Origin: Nemertoderma westbladi
Lineage: Eukaryota > Animalia > Xenacoelomorpha
Assembly: GCA_032718475.1 (NCBI GenBank)
Contig: JAUCBJ010006420.1
Coordinates: 1-64,000 of the forward strand
Reading direction: 5' to 3'
Length of the DNA: 64,000 bases
The translations under genes and the position numbers were made by a program. The notes beneath the pieces are model-generated. The model did no database searches. It was not told where the DNA came from and worked only from the letters and a program-made list of their open reading frames with translations. Of this stretch, positions 23,132 to 35,237 are shown in pieces. The stretch's first letter is position 1, and every line of letters begins with the position of its first letter.

Positions 23132-24938
23132 TGGGTGATCTTCCACAGTAAACCCTTCCACTCTGTTTCCTAAAGGAATGCCTGTTCACCACCATGGGTG
23201 ATCTTCCACAGTAAACCCTTCCACTCTGTTTCCTAAAGGAATGCCTGTTTAACAACATGGGTGATCTTCCACAGTAAACCATTCCACTATGTTTCCTAAA
23301 GGAATGCCGGTTCACCACCATGGGTGATCTTCCACAGTAAACCCTTCCACTCTGTTTCCTAAAGGAATGCCTGTTCACCACCATGGGTGATCTTCCACAG
23401 TAAACCCTTCCACTATGTTTCGCAAAGGAATGCCTGTTCTCACACTATGGGTGATCTTCCACAGTAAATCCTTCCACTCTGTTTCGCAAAGGAATGCCTG
23501 TTCACCACCATGGGTGATCTTCCACATTAAACCCTTCCACCCTGTTTCCTAAGGGAATGCCTGTTCACCACCAAGGGTGATCTTCTAGAGTAAACCCTTC
23601 CACTCGGTTTCGCAAAGGAATGCCTGTTCACCACCATGGATAATCTTCCACAGTAAACCCTTCTACTATGTTTCCTAAAGGAATGCCTGTTCACCACCAT
23701 GGGTGATCTTCCACAGTAAACCCTTCCACTCTGTTTCCTAAAGGAATGCCTGTTCACCACCATGGTTGATCTTCCATAGTAAACCCTTCCAATCTGTTTC
23801 CTAAAGGAATGCATGTTCACCACCAAGGGTGATCTTCCACAGTAAACCCTTCCACTCTGTTACCTAAAGGAATGCCTGTTCCTCACCACCATGGGTGATC
23901 TTCCACAGTAAACCATTCCACTCTGTTTCCTAAAGGAGTGCCTGTTCACCACCATGGGTGATCTTCCACAGTAAACCCTTCCACTATGTTTCGCAAAGGA
24001 ATGCCTGTTCTCACACTATGGGTGATCTTCCACAGTAAATCCTTCCACTCTGTTTCGCAAAGGAATGCCTGTTCACCACCATGGGTGATCTTCCACATTA
24101 AACCCTTCCACCCTGTTTCCTAAGGGAATGCCTGTTCACCACCAAGGGTGATCTTCTAGAGTAAACCCTTCCACTCGGTTTCGCAAAGGAATGCCTGTTC
24201 ACCACCATGGATAATCTTCCACAGTAAACCCTTCTACTATGTTTCCTAAAGGAATGCCTGTTCACCACCATGGGTGATCTTCCACAGTAAACCCTTCCAC
24301 TCTGTTTCCTAAAGGAATGCCTGTTCACCACCATGGTTGATCTTCCATAGTAAACCCTTCCAATCTGTTTCCTAAAGGAATGCATGTTCACCACCAAGGG
24401 TGATCTTCCACAGTAAACCCTTCCACTCTGTTACCTAAAGGAATGCCTGTTCCTCACCACCATGGGTGATCTTCCACAGTAAACCATTCCACTCTGTTTC
24501 CTAAAGGAGTGCCTGTTCACCACCATGGGTGATCTTCCACAGTAAACCCTTCCACTCTGTTTCCTAAAGGAATGCCTGTTCAACTCCATGGGTGATCTTC
24601 CACAGTAAACCCTTCCACTCTGTTTCCTAAAGGAATGCCTGTTCACCACCATGGGTGATCTTCCACAGTAAACCCTTCCACTCTGTTTCCTAAAGGAATG
24701 CCTGTTCACCACCATGGGTGATCTTCCACAGTAAACCCTTCCACTCTGTTTCCTAAAGGAATGCCTGTTTAACAACATGGGTGATCTTCCACAGTAAACC
24801 ATTCCACTATGTTTCCTAAAGGAATGCCTGTTCACCACCATGGGTGATCTTCCACAGTAAACCCTTCCACTCTGTTTCCTAAAGGAATGCCTGTTCAACA
24901 CCATGGGTGATCTCCCACAGTAAACCCTTCCACTCTGT
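23132..24938. repeat. 63-bp satellite, right block (about 29 units)
   Basis: Same unit; resumes in register after the TSD. Confidence 0.98.
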
Positions 24939-25114
24939 CTTGAATTTCAGTTATCGCAGTCAAGGATGAAAGCCTGGGTTGGCTCCGCTGCAACATTTAC
25001 AGCACTGCGCCCAAACAGTGCTGCCACACATGTAGGGATAGAATTACGGCCATTACCTCGGCCCTACTATAGATACGACCCGCCAAGCTGCTGCAAAGCC
25101 AAGCAGTGAAAACA

Positions 25115-27282
25115 TGATAATGAAAAATCACCACGAAATCAAATTATTTGATGACCAGTTGGGTTTTTGGGATGTTGATCACGAATATGACACTGAAAAA
25201 TATCCTACTTTGTTGAATACGGGTTTTTTAGATAAGGGTAAATGTGCGGCATGAATAATACCAGTAGCACAAAATTGATAACAAAAATCATTACCAAATC
25301 AACCTGATATTATGACATTGTGGGTTTTGGATGCTGATTACGAATATGACACTCAAAAATATCGTATTATCCAACCAAGTGCGATTTTTGCCGTTTGGAA
25401 TTTTATCCTACTTGTTTTTTTCGTCCCATAAGAGAAACACCAAAAACTATAATGTTGCGTTACCACGAATCATCTTTAACGAGTTGTATCGCGATCAGCG
25501 GCTTTGAAAACCAATATAACCTCAGAATTATAAAAAAAACACAAAACGTTTTAGTCTGACATTTTTTTTCTTGTACTTTTTCGTCCTGGGGGACCATAAT
25601 AGCACCAAAATGATGGTTGCATTGCCAAAAATACTTTTAACAAGTTTTATCGAGATCAGCGACTTTGAAAGTCCTTATACCTTCAAAATTGTAATTTTTG
25701 TGCAAAATCAAAAAAATATAAAATAACCCCCCCCCCCCCCAATTCGGGCCTACTACTACTACTAGGATCGGCATGCTGCATTGCAGCTGCATTTTTAAGA
25801 ATGCTGTGCCGGCTTGTCAACAAAATTGCACCGCCACAACTCCCTATCACCCATGACATTTGCTAGATCATCCGCATCTTTAAGGCCAGTGTCCTTTAAG
25901 ATGCGTCTCAAGAAAGTCATGGGCTGTCCACCATGCTTATTCACTCCATGAGGCTGCCATAGTACAAGATTATGCACTGGCTGGTCCTCACGGCGAAAGC
26001 AATGTCCTGCAAAGCGGAGGCGATTTTGTTCTAGTGTCAAGCTTGGGGGAACCAATGAGACACCTCCAATGTTATATAGTGTCTGGTTGGAGATGTGTGC
26101 ATTGTACTTGACACAATGTACCCGGCGTAGCATTCTTGTGAATGTGCCATCCAGAGATTTGGTGTCCTCAGCAGTTAGAGCCCAGCATGGACTCCCGTAG
26201 AGGAGTACTGGAACTACTGCTGCTCTAAATAATCGGACCTTAAGTTTCCGATTAATTCTAGGTGACTTCCAAATCCTGGAAAGCCTATTCAAGGCTGCCC
26301 ATGCCTTTCCCTTACGTATTCGAAGGTCCTCACCTGACTTCCGGATCCATGATCCCAGGTAACAGAAGTCGTCCACATGCTCAAGCATACCATCCTTTGA
26401 GCTTATGCTCATCCGATCAGAGACTTGCTGAGGACTTTCAAAGTTAACTGTCAGAATTTTGGTCTTTCTGGAGTTAATAAAAAGACCAACACTAGAAGCA
26501 GCATGTTCTAATGAGCTGAGGAGCCGCTGGGCTCCCTCTAATGATTCTGAGAGTACTCCTAAGTCATCAGCAAAGTCTAGATCAGTTAGGTACTTGGCAG
26601 GATTTCCTCGACTTCTGGAGCCAGTAGGTGGAGTTATCATCACCCCATCATCATTATGATGATCTAAGGACATGCGTAGAACATAGTCAACCACAATAAT
26701 GAACAAGAATGGTGCAAGTGTGTCTCCTTGGAGGACGCCCCATAACACTTCAAATGGTTCTGTGTCACCGTCAACAGTAGACACAAATGTTGTCGAACCA
26801 TCGTATACTGATCTGATTGCTGCAATAATTTCATCAGGAATCCCATATAATGAAAGTATGCTGAACATACGTGAGCGAGAGACTGAATCAAAGGCCTTGA
26901 AGAAGTCAACAAAGATAACAGCCAGATGCCTGTCTTTCTTTTTTGATAACTCTTCAATTATCCTTCTAAGTGCCAAAATGGGCTCCATGGTCCCACGACC
27001 TTTACGGAACCCATTCTGATTTCCACGTAGCAGTCTCTCAATGGGATCCCTGATGCGATTTAATAGAATTCTATTGTATAGTTTTGCAGCAATCGAGATC
27101 AATGAGATTCCCCGAAAAGAACCATAGAGTGTTAGGTTGCCCTTCTTGGGAACTGGCACCAACTTATTTGTTTTCATTTCTTGTGGGACTCTTGTTGTAC
27201 GGTACATGTCTACTATGATGGGATAGATGCAATTCGGGCCAATTAAGTAGTAAAATAGCCCGGGCCAGATAGTGAATCTCTT
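25115..27282. mobile_element. Non-autonomous DNA-transposon-like repeat interrupted by RTE copy 2; a related copy lies at about 35980-36301
   Basis: Shared gggggacca.aatagcaccaaaatgatggttgcattgcc and gggccaatta.g..gtaaaatagcccgggcc.gatag; the 36-kb copy ends AGGG/TTAA, like a piggyBac terminus. Confidence 0.6.
25751..27229 (-). mobile_element. 5'-truncated RTE-clade LINE, copy 2 (uninterrupted 470-aa RT frame at 25795-27207)
   Basis: Nearly identical to copy 1; (TAG)n tail at 25751-25764; 11-bp TSD caattcgggcc at 25740-25750 and 27230-27240; no endonuclease domain retained. Confidence 0.95.
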
Positions 27283-28517
27283 AATTCCGCATCAAACACA
27301 TAGTGGAGTAGAGTAATATTATAAAGTATCAGTTCCTCAAATCAAGGGTTAAAGGACACTATATTCCTTTAATTACAGTAGTAACCATATACTCCATTAC
27401 AGCATTAAATATCAATAATATCAGTTAATAATAATTCCCCTAAATAATATCAGTTCCTCATTATGTTGAAGTCGTAATATTAATAATTTATCTCAGTATA
27501 TCTATTATGTATCAATAACCTTTATCTATTAAATCTATGAAGCGAACTCTGTTAAGGTGGCCCTGGCCCACGCATTGTCTTACTTGAGAACCTCCGAAAG
27601 GGCCGATATGTCCTGGTGGATTCAGATACGAGTCCCGCTGGAGAATAACACTAGCGTGATGGTTCTTAAAAAATTACCGTCTACTTCATATCTATGTCAT
27701 ATATAAATAACTAATTTTACTCCCCTCCAGGAATTTCGATGGTCGATGGACTGGACGGTCCCCATATTCTTTTTACTGACGGTCTTCCGAGGATTTTGAG
27801 GCAATCTGCACACTGAAGTCGGAACATATTCCCGGTGAATTGTTTTCATTTTAATTAACAGCATACTTTTGATAAAGATGGCCGCTGGTTCTGAATATAT
27901 CGCCCGTCGAAAAGTACAAATGTTAGTTTACAGCTGAGAAATAGGCGTTCAAAGATTGCAAAAATTATTGTTCTCTGCAGGCCATATTTATTCTATTTAA
28001 ATAAATACATAATATTCTGGAACAATTTATTTACGTATGTATTTATGCTACGCAATATAGATATTGTATAGGCATACCGCTGTTGCCCACTTACACATAA
28101 AATAAGTAACACGTTCTAGAATATTGTGTATTTATTAAATCACAAATTTGAGTGTCATCAGAAAATGACACTAAATTACGGGTGATGGTGTAATAAAGTA
28201 GTTTTATTGATAGTAATATTGAAATTTTAATTTCAGTCAATCATTCATTTGCAATTAATAGGACTATTTAAAAACATTTAACAACTCGTAAACAAAGCTC
28301 CAGTATGTTTAGCAACAGGTCTCCAGAGCGTTTTAGCGCGCCAAGTCTTATTAGTACCATGAGGTCGGACACGGATAGCATGCATCCGTTTACTACTTCT
28401 TGTACTCGTCAACGCGCCAGTGTAGTTGGCTGCAAACGAATAGCAGACCGACTATTCCTAAGCAAACCTACTCTTGAAAGCTGCTGTGTATAAATAAAGG
28501 AATGTATCCCTAGTACT

Positions 28518-28727
28518 GGGTCGCAATTGTCCGGATCCAGATAAAAATATGTAATTTATATCATTGACAATTGCGACCCATAATTTTTATTTAAAATCAT
28601 GGGTCGCAATTGTCCGGGTCGCAATTGACCGGGTCGCAATTGTCCGGGTCGCAATTGTCCGGGTCGCAATTGACCGGGTCGCAATTGTCCGGGTCGCAAT
28701 TGACCGGGTCGCAATTGTCCGGACTCC
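28518..28727. repeat. 15-bp tandem repeat gggtcgcaattg(t/a)cc (8 copies at about 28601-28722) with isolated direct and inverted copies; MITE-like
   Basis: Direct reading; inverted acaattgcgaccc at about 28567-28579. Confidence 0.8.
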
Positions 28728-29596
28728 ATATAAAAACACTCCGATCATGTTTGTAAATTACTAAGAATAGTTATGGATAATGGTGATCAGGTCTGTTGAA
28801 TGGGCGACTACATGGATTCAATCAAAGGAATTATTGAAACACTAGTTTCCTTTACTCTAAGGACTTAAAGTGTGTTTGTGTGGGGGGGGGGGGGGGGGGG
28901 GGGGGAGGTGTTGCAGAAACAAACATAAACTGAATTACATCAACTGAATTTATTAAATAAATAAATAATTATTCCATACACCACCAGTAACGCACAGACC
29001 GGGAGGGAAATAAAGTTATAAGTACAAGTAGATGGCACGGTAAATATAGGAACCGAAAAGGTAAAATAGGTTAAACACAGTTTTGGGAATATTATTAACT
29101 GCTGAAACAATATTTTAAAATTAAACAATTTTATAATCCGTAAAACTCAATTAAACTCAGTCAGTAGAGTCCCAAGGTTAGATCTCCATTAAAGAATACC
29201 GCGAGAAAAACAACGGCTTATAGAACTGAATAACTAAATGGCAAGAAAAACTCGCCATTTTCATTATTTACCTTGTGATTCGAGAATCAGGACATATCAA
29301 ATAAACTTGGGATTGATTTGTAAATTTTCTTCAGGTAAAATAAACCCAAACCGTTTCTATTTAATATAAATAACCATGAAAAGTAAAATACAACCGAAAC
29401 AAAAGTAACAATTATAAATGAAACTGAAAGTAAATCTACTCAGTTAATTTGTTTAATCACCATAGAGCCTTCCATTAGTAATCATAAGTAAATATATTGG
29501 CTTGGTATCTCAACTGTAAACATTAACACAACCTCAAACACGCACCAATGGAACACCGAAGTACCTAAACTAGAAGGAATAGGAAACCCCCTGTAA

Positions 29597-32500
29597 CTAA
29601 ACCCGTAACTGCCCCGCGACTTGGATAAGGGACTTCAACCCCGGCATAAAGTCCGAGATCTCAGTGAAACTTCCCGTCGCCACCATCCTGCCGTGCTGCG
29701 CGAAGGCCTGCTGGTAATCGCGCGTCTGTAAGGAATCCACAATGCCGTGGAGTCCCGCTAGAGTTCCCTCGGACAGGACGCCGAGTTTCCCGTACAGAAT
29801 GGCGAGACGTTTACCGACTTCCTCCAGCTTCCTTCGTAACATCGGGGTCACCGTCGGGGAACCGAAACACCGGGAACACAACTCGTCCAACACCTTCTGT
29901 ATCACTAGATGGCGTTCTGGGATGGGCGGGGCGGGCGGGGGCGGACGTTGGGGCTCGACCCGCGCGGTGGGGGGCGGCCCCCCGAGACCCATAGACAGCG
30001 GGGGCAGCGACTCCACTGGCCCCCCCGCTATCGGCGATGTGATTGGTTGAATGGGGTCGAAGTGCGTCTGCTGGGGTTTCCCTCTCGGTTTCACCGAGGG
30101 CGGGTCGTTCCAAGCGCGGCCGCTAGGGGGCGGCGGGTAGCGAGAGTCGGGCGGCGGGGGGGAGGGGGGCAGACTGCCGGACAACTGGCGCTGCCTGGAG
30201 GGGTCGCCTGGGGGCGAGCGGGGAGGGTTGTAGGGGGAGAAGGTGGGCGGGGCAGGTTGGGGGTGTTGGTAGGGGCCAGTAGGTGGAGTAGGATGGTGGT
30301 ACCCGGCCGCTGGGGGCGTGGGTTGGTGGTACCCGGCCGTTGGGGGCGTGGGTTGGTGGTACCCGGCCGCTGAGGGCGTGGGTTGGTGATACCCAGCCGC
30401 TGGGGGCGTGGGTTGGTGGTACCCTGCCGCTGGGGGCGTGGGTTGGTGGTACCCGGCCGCTGGGGGCGTTGGTTGTGTATAAAGCGGCACAGGTAGGTTA
30501 TACGCGGGTATGGCGGGAGGAGGCGATGGATTATAATGAGGCGTCGGTTGGCTGTATGGATTAGTGGGCGGCCCGGGTTGGCTGTGAGGGGCGTTGTGTT
30601 GGGGGATCCCGGAGTTCGGGTTAAACATTCTCGGGGGCGGCGCCAGGACGGGCGGCTGAGTGGCGGCGAACACGTCGGAGCACTCGCTCGAGTATCGCTG
30701 TCGCCCAGCCCCGGAGTAGGCGAACACGTTGGGTTGCGGGGCGCGATGGGGGGTAGGGGAGGCGACCCGCTGCCATGGGAACGGGGGAGCGGACTGGTAG
30801 CGCGACACGTCGACCGGAAGCGCGTTGTAGACGCGGTCCGACAGCTCAACTACCGACGGCTCGGTGGAGGGGCCCGCGATGTTGAGGAAACCCAACGCGA
30901 TCCCGAGCTGACCCTCCGCTGACAGCTGCTTGGCGTAGTCCACCAGAAGGGATGACGTCACGGGCCCAACCGACTGGCAATTGGGAGTCTTCATCAGCAC
31001 CAAGGCCATGTCTACGGCCTCCTGTAAAGCGGTGGCGGAGCGACTGCGATCCTGAGACCAGACGCGCACCAAACGCTCGATGTCTCCCGCGCAGATGTAA
31101 CAGACGCACGCGGCGGTGACCAGATCCTCCGCTCCCGCTCCCTCCAGCCGCGCTCCCAGCTGCGAGCAGTAGTAGGCCAGCTCCCGCGGCTCCCCTACGT
31201 AGCTCACCAGCGCGGCCAGCACCTCCCTCCAGCACTCCGGCTGCGCGGAACCAATCAGCGTCGAGTAGTCGCCGCCCACCAACCCCGAGATTAGTCGCGG
31301 TAACGCCCCTACCGAGCGTCTGCGGTACTCGCGTTGCACCAAGGCGAGCATCTCAGGCCCGCCGACCACGCCCAGCATCACCGCGTCGGCCAACCCAGCG
31401 TCGCGCTGCAGACACAGTCGGACTGCTGACGGGAGGTCCCCGAGGACGAGACAGCGGGCGATCCGGCCCTCCAGACTGGCGGGATCCGTGTCGATGTCGA
31501 GGGGGGTGGGGGGCCGGACCGAGGGGTCTGCGTCGGACGCCAGCCAGTCGGACGGGGCCCCGTCCGACACGGCCCTGTCGGACGCCGCGGCCAGCCGGTC
31601 GAACACCGCCGAGTCCCCGGAGCGTCCGAGCTGCGAGGATTCCGAGCGACTCGCGTCCGGGGTCGACGTTCCGGAACCGGAAGGCGCTTCTGGGAAACCG
31701 AGCAGAGCGAGTAGGGTCTCTTTGGGTTCGGGGTTGAGAGCGTGCTTTAGGTAGCTCCAGAGCTCCCCGCTAGAGGCGCGCTGCTCGCAGTAGCCGAGGA
31801 GGTCGCCGTCGGGACTGAGCGCCTCCGTCAGCGACGTTGCCGTGGCGACCAGCGACGCGTCCAACTCCAGCTGATGGACGTCGACCTGGTCGCCGTGGAG
31901 CACGGTCGCTAAGCGACCGCCGAAAGCGAACCGGGCCGCGACGGGGGGCCGGAACCACCGGGGGGCGCGACGGAGGACGTCGAGGGGGGCGGCGGGGGGT
32001 CCGGCCGGGGGGGAACGGGGAGGCGGCTGGCCGGCCCCCCAACCCGAGCCGAATGACTCGGCGAGCGCCGACTGCTGCTGGGTGGGACGCTCGGTGTGCG
32101 ACTCCCGACTGGGTTCCCGACCCCCCAGCAGCGAGTAGACGTTGATCCGGCCGTCGAACGACGCCACCGACACGAGCTGCGGGTTCCGCGGGCACCAACC
32201 CACGTCGAACATCCACTGCTGCTCCCCCTGGATCGGGAGATCCGTTGACACAGGATCCTCCGAGACCGAGGGATCCAGTCCGAGGTCCCAGACCAGGACG
32301 CGTTGGTCCTTCCCGCAGGAGGCCAGGAGGTCCGCGTCCGCGCGGCACCATGACAACGCGACCACTCCGCGGTGGTGTCCGCACAGCGTCCGGAGCGGGG
32401 ACGTAGCGAACCGGAGGTCCCACAGCTGCACCACCGGGGACTGGTCCTCCTCTGAGGAGAGAACCAACTGGGTGGCCACGTCCGGGTTCCACGCCATCGC

Positions 32501-33139
32501 GCTGCACCGCATGCGGGAGGGGTTGTCGGACACCTTGATGATGGGGTCTGACTTCCGGAGGTCCCAGACCACGCAGCGTCCGCTCGGGTAGGTGGACGCG
32601 AGGATGTGCTGAACCTGCCGGTTCCACGCCACGCTGCTCACCGTGTCCGTGGGTTGGGCGATGGAGCCGGGGCTCATTGGGGACGAGGTGTTGTTGAGAT
32701 CCCAGATGTAGAGCTCCGAGTTGGTGGCCCCACTGGCGAGCAGGTTAGTCTGAAAGCTGTTGAAGTCGAGAGCAGAGACGCTGCCAGTGTGTTTGTCTAT
32801 GGAAGTGACTTCGGTGTCGCCGTTATTGACCAGTTTATCCGCATTGTAGACTTTTATTAGGCCGGTATCGGTTCCCCCCACCACAGTGCCCAGATTGCCC
32901 CCGTGAGAGCCCCACGCCAGACGGCTGTACCGATGGCTGGTGGGGAGTGTAGCGGTGGGTTCGATGCAGGAAGTCGCGTTGGTTAGATCGATATTGTACA
33001 ACTCGAGAGCGGAGGTGGTGCTGAATGATGCGTCTAGTTGTTGGGATGCTGTGCCACAGGCGAGGTACAGAGAGGTCACGGAATGAGGGGACCAGACAAC
33101 GTTGGCTGTACGAGATATCTCGGCTACTTTGAGACCCAT
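29597..33139 (-). CDS. SEC31: Protein transport protein Sec31 (COPII outer coat), 1180 aa, single coding exon
   Basis: MGLKVAEISRTA...SQQLDASFST N-terminus, WD40 repeats (LLASGATNSELYIWDL, WNRQVQHILAS, QLWDLRFATSP), RAPRWFRPP..A.FAFGG, ACE1 helical region, Pro-rich region with AWNDPP, and the C-terminal helical domain; the ATG at 33139 matches the family start better than the ORF-track start at 33193. Confidence 0.97.
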   Translation of the reverse strand: MGLKVAEISRTANVVWSPHSVTSLYLACGTASQQLDASFSTTSALELYNIDLTNATSCIEPTATLPTSHRYSRLAWGSHGGNLGTVVGGTDTGLIKVYNADKLVNNGDTEVTSIDKHTGSVSALDFNSFQTNLLASGATNSELYIWDLNNTSSPMSPGSIAQPTDTVSSVAWNRQVQHILASTYPSGRCVVWDLRKSDPIIKVSDNPSRMRCSAMAWNPDVATQLVLSSEEDQSPVVQLWDLRFATSPLRTLCGHHRGVVALSWCRADADLLASCGKDQRVLVWDLGLDPSVSEDPVSTDLPIQGEQQWMFDVGWCPRNPQLVSVASFDGRINVYSLLGGREPSRESHTERPTQQQSALAESFGSGWGAGQPPPRSPPAGPPAAPLDVLRRAPRWFRPPVAARFAFGGRLATVLHGDQVDVHQLELDASLVATATSLTEALSPDGDLLGYCEQRASSGELWSYLKHALNPEPKETLLALLGFPEAPSGSGTSTPDASRSESSQLGRSGDSAVFDRLAAASDRAVSDGAPSDWLASDADPSVRPPTPLDIDTDPASLEGRIARCLVLGDLPSAVRLCLQRDAGLADAVMLGVVGGPEMLALVQREYRRRSVGALPRLISGLVGGDYSTLIGSAQPECWREVLAALVSYVGEPRELAYYCSQLGARLEGAGAEDLVTAACVCYICAGDIERLVRVWSQDRSRSATALQEAVDMALVLMKTPNCQSVGPVTSSLLVDYAKQLSAEGQLGIALGFLNIAGPSTEPSVVELSDRVYNALPVDVSRYQSAPPFPWQRVASPTPHRAPQPNVFAYSGAGRQRYSSECSDVFAATQPPVLAPPPRMFNPNSGIPQHNAPHSQPGPPTNPYSQPTPHYNPSPPPAIPAYNLPVPLYTQPTPPAAGYHQPTPPAAGYHQPTPPAAGYHQPTPSAAGYHQPTPPTAGYHQPTPPAAGYHHPTPPTGPYQHPQPAPPTFSPYNPPRSPPGDPSRQRQLSGSLPPSPPPPDSRYPPPPSGRAWNDPPSVKPRGKPQQTHFDPIQPITSPIAGGPVESLPPLSMGLGGPPPTARVEPQRPPPPAPPIPERHLVIQKVLDELCSRCFGSPTVTPMLRRKLEEVGKRLAILYGKLGVLSEGTLAGLHGIVDSLQTRDYQQAFAQHGRMVATGSFTEISDFMPGLKSLIQVAGQLRV
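30295..30475 (-). repeat. 30-bp coding tandem repeat (QPTPPAAGYH, about 6 copies) in the Sec31 proline-rich region
   Basis: acccggccgctgggggcgtgggttggtggt repeated on +. Confidence 0.92.
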
Positions 33140-33382
33140 TTTGCTTTGGTTGCATATAAATATATGTGGTAGTGGTATGGTAACAGTATTCAATATGTAA
33201 ACGTAAATTACAGAATTAGTAGAGATACAATGAACTATTATTACCGGTCGGTAGGCCTATATTCTGATATTAGAGTATTACTGTATTAGGTTAAATATAT
33301 ACTGATATAGTGTATAGGTAAGCCTGGACTGGAAGGCCTTCTATCAGTCTATCACTCAACATGAGTAGGGCTCGATCGGAGT

Positions 33383-35237
33383 GGGTGACAGACCGAACGT
33401 AATCAGGATCGAATGTAACATAGTTTTTACGAATCGAACGTAACCTCAATTATGTTACATTGGATCCTATACTGCTATAACTATGTTACATTCGATCTAC
33501 AAATTACTAAGCTCGAATGTAACATACATTTATTTCAGTTGTGTTTTGATTTCAGGAGTTAACCGATGAAATGCTTCGTATAATTACAGGAAGAAACAGT
33601 TTGGTGTTGGTGATGGTGAGTACAAAACAAAGACCCAAGACCCAATTAAGTAACCTGCACCTTGTAAAATGTGTTAACTTTCGTTTATTCTTTTGGTTCC
33701 CCCAACATGCCTCTGTAACCTGCTCCTTTCAGCCTTCAAATAAAAGTAACCTGCAAGATCTTGTAACATGTGTTAACTTTCCTTTATTATTTTGGTTCCC
33801 CCTACACGCCTCTGTAACCTGCTCCTTTAAATCTGTAAATGGTAATGTTACATTCGAGCTTAGAAATTTGTAGATCGAATGTAACATACAGTCCTTATCT
33901 CATTCTGAATATCATTTCTCAAACTTGGTATCATTTCTCAAACCTTTTACTAATGATAGTCTACGGAGAATTTCAGTAGGTAAGACTGGGGTAAGAGTTG
34001 AGAAATCAGAAAGATGCAGCCAGCTCAATCTAACTCAAACTAGAGTCTGGCGCCATGGTTTGAGTTAGGTTGACTTCCAACTGTGCCATACTCAGCATTA
34101 CTGTACCTGGGACGGGATGAATAATTACTCTGGTTGAATGATGCACCACTGTGGAAGGGGCCTCTGTCTGTTGCTTGGGCTCTTCAGTTAATGGGTTGAA
34201 TTACATAAGCTGGGCAGGCCGGCTTGCAGTGTGTCTCATAAAAGACATGTCAATCACACAGTTCCTTTGTGGGATTTACTAAATGTATGTTGTTAACTAA
34301 ACCACACTGGCTCGGTCTGTTTGTAGAGAAAGTTTTAATTCTGGGAATATTGTTGGGGGAAATTGCTGCTCTGTTGTCTGTTTGATGTCAATTGGTGCCT
34401 TACAAGACATATCAGTTTGAAAATATAATGGTTAATTAATAATTATTACTGTAGTAAATATGGGACCTCGCACCACCACCACACCTCCCATAAATATGCC
34501 CCCTTCTATAATTACAGAGGTTTCCTCTGGCCCCTTTGCCCGGTCTACCCACACCCGGATGTATTGCGAATAATTGTGTTGATGATGTAATAGAGAATTA
34601 AACATTAGTAAAACATTAAAGTTAAACATTAGCGAAATATACGCGAAATTAAAATAAATTTATAAAATTGGTTGGTTATATTATATGGTTATATTTTAAT
34701 GTAAAATAAAGTTAAAATGTTATGAGCTACATACGTAATAAATGTAATAAAAAATTAATAAATCTTCAGTTTAATAATTTAGCATATAATTTTTTTATTT
34801 ATTTTTTTATTCTGAAATTAAAAAATAAATTGAGTCACTAGAGTCTGCAAGTTAATTCTCGCTGTCTACTGGGGTTAATTACACACAAATAAATCAAGTT
34901 AAGGGAATGTTATAGCAGCAGGAGACCATCAAGTACCCATAGGCAGAGTATAAACAGAAGCGAGTGGGCCATTAAACACAGACAGCTTGTTGCATGAATG
35001 CTACACAGTGCACAGTGGGGGGTTACGTGAGTTTGAGTTGGGTTTGAGTAAACCAGACAGGTTTGAGTTAGTAAGAGTGAGGTAAGAGAAAAGGTACCCA
35101 GTTTGAGAAACGGTATCTAGAATGAGATAGGGACTGTAGTCAGATAGTTATAGGATCCAATGTAACATAATTGCGGTTACGTTCGATACATAATAACTAT
35201 GTTACATTCGATCCTGATTACGTTCGGTCATGTATCC
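33383..35237. mobile_element. Non-autonomous Mutator/Merlin-like element with long TIRs
   Basis: About 95-bp TIRs (gaccgaacgtaatcaggatcgaatgtaacatag...); GG...CC termini; 9-bp TSD gatcggagt at 33374-33382 and 35238-35246. Confidence 0.8.
33889..35136. mobile_element. Tc1/mariner-type MITE nested in the previous element
   Basis: TIRs cagtccttatctcattct...tttctcaaact / agtttgagaaa...agaatgagatagggactg, flanked by TA on both sides. Confidence 0.8.

Noticed and set aside
9006-24938. 63-bp array as a CRISPR array or as a protein-coding repeat gene (MVVNRHSFRKQSGRVYCGRSP ORFs)
   Set aside because: Units are contiguous with no unique spacers and no cas genes; frequent 1-4-bp indels and TAA variants break the frame, so the ORFs are by-products of a 63-bp period.
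29742-33155. Many overlapping and antisense ORFs within Sec31
   Set aside because: Expected from very high GC content (few stop codons); no recognisable domains.
33140-33193. 18-aa N-terminal extension of Sec31 from the ORF track
   Set aside because: It starts at a non-ATG codon; the family N-terminus aligns with the ATG at 33139.
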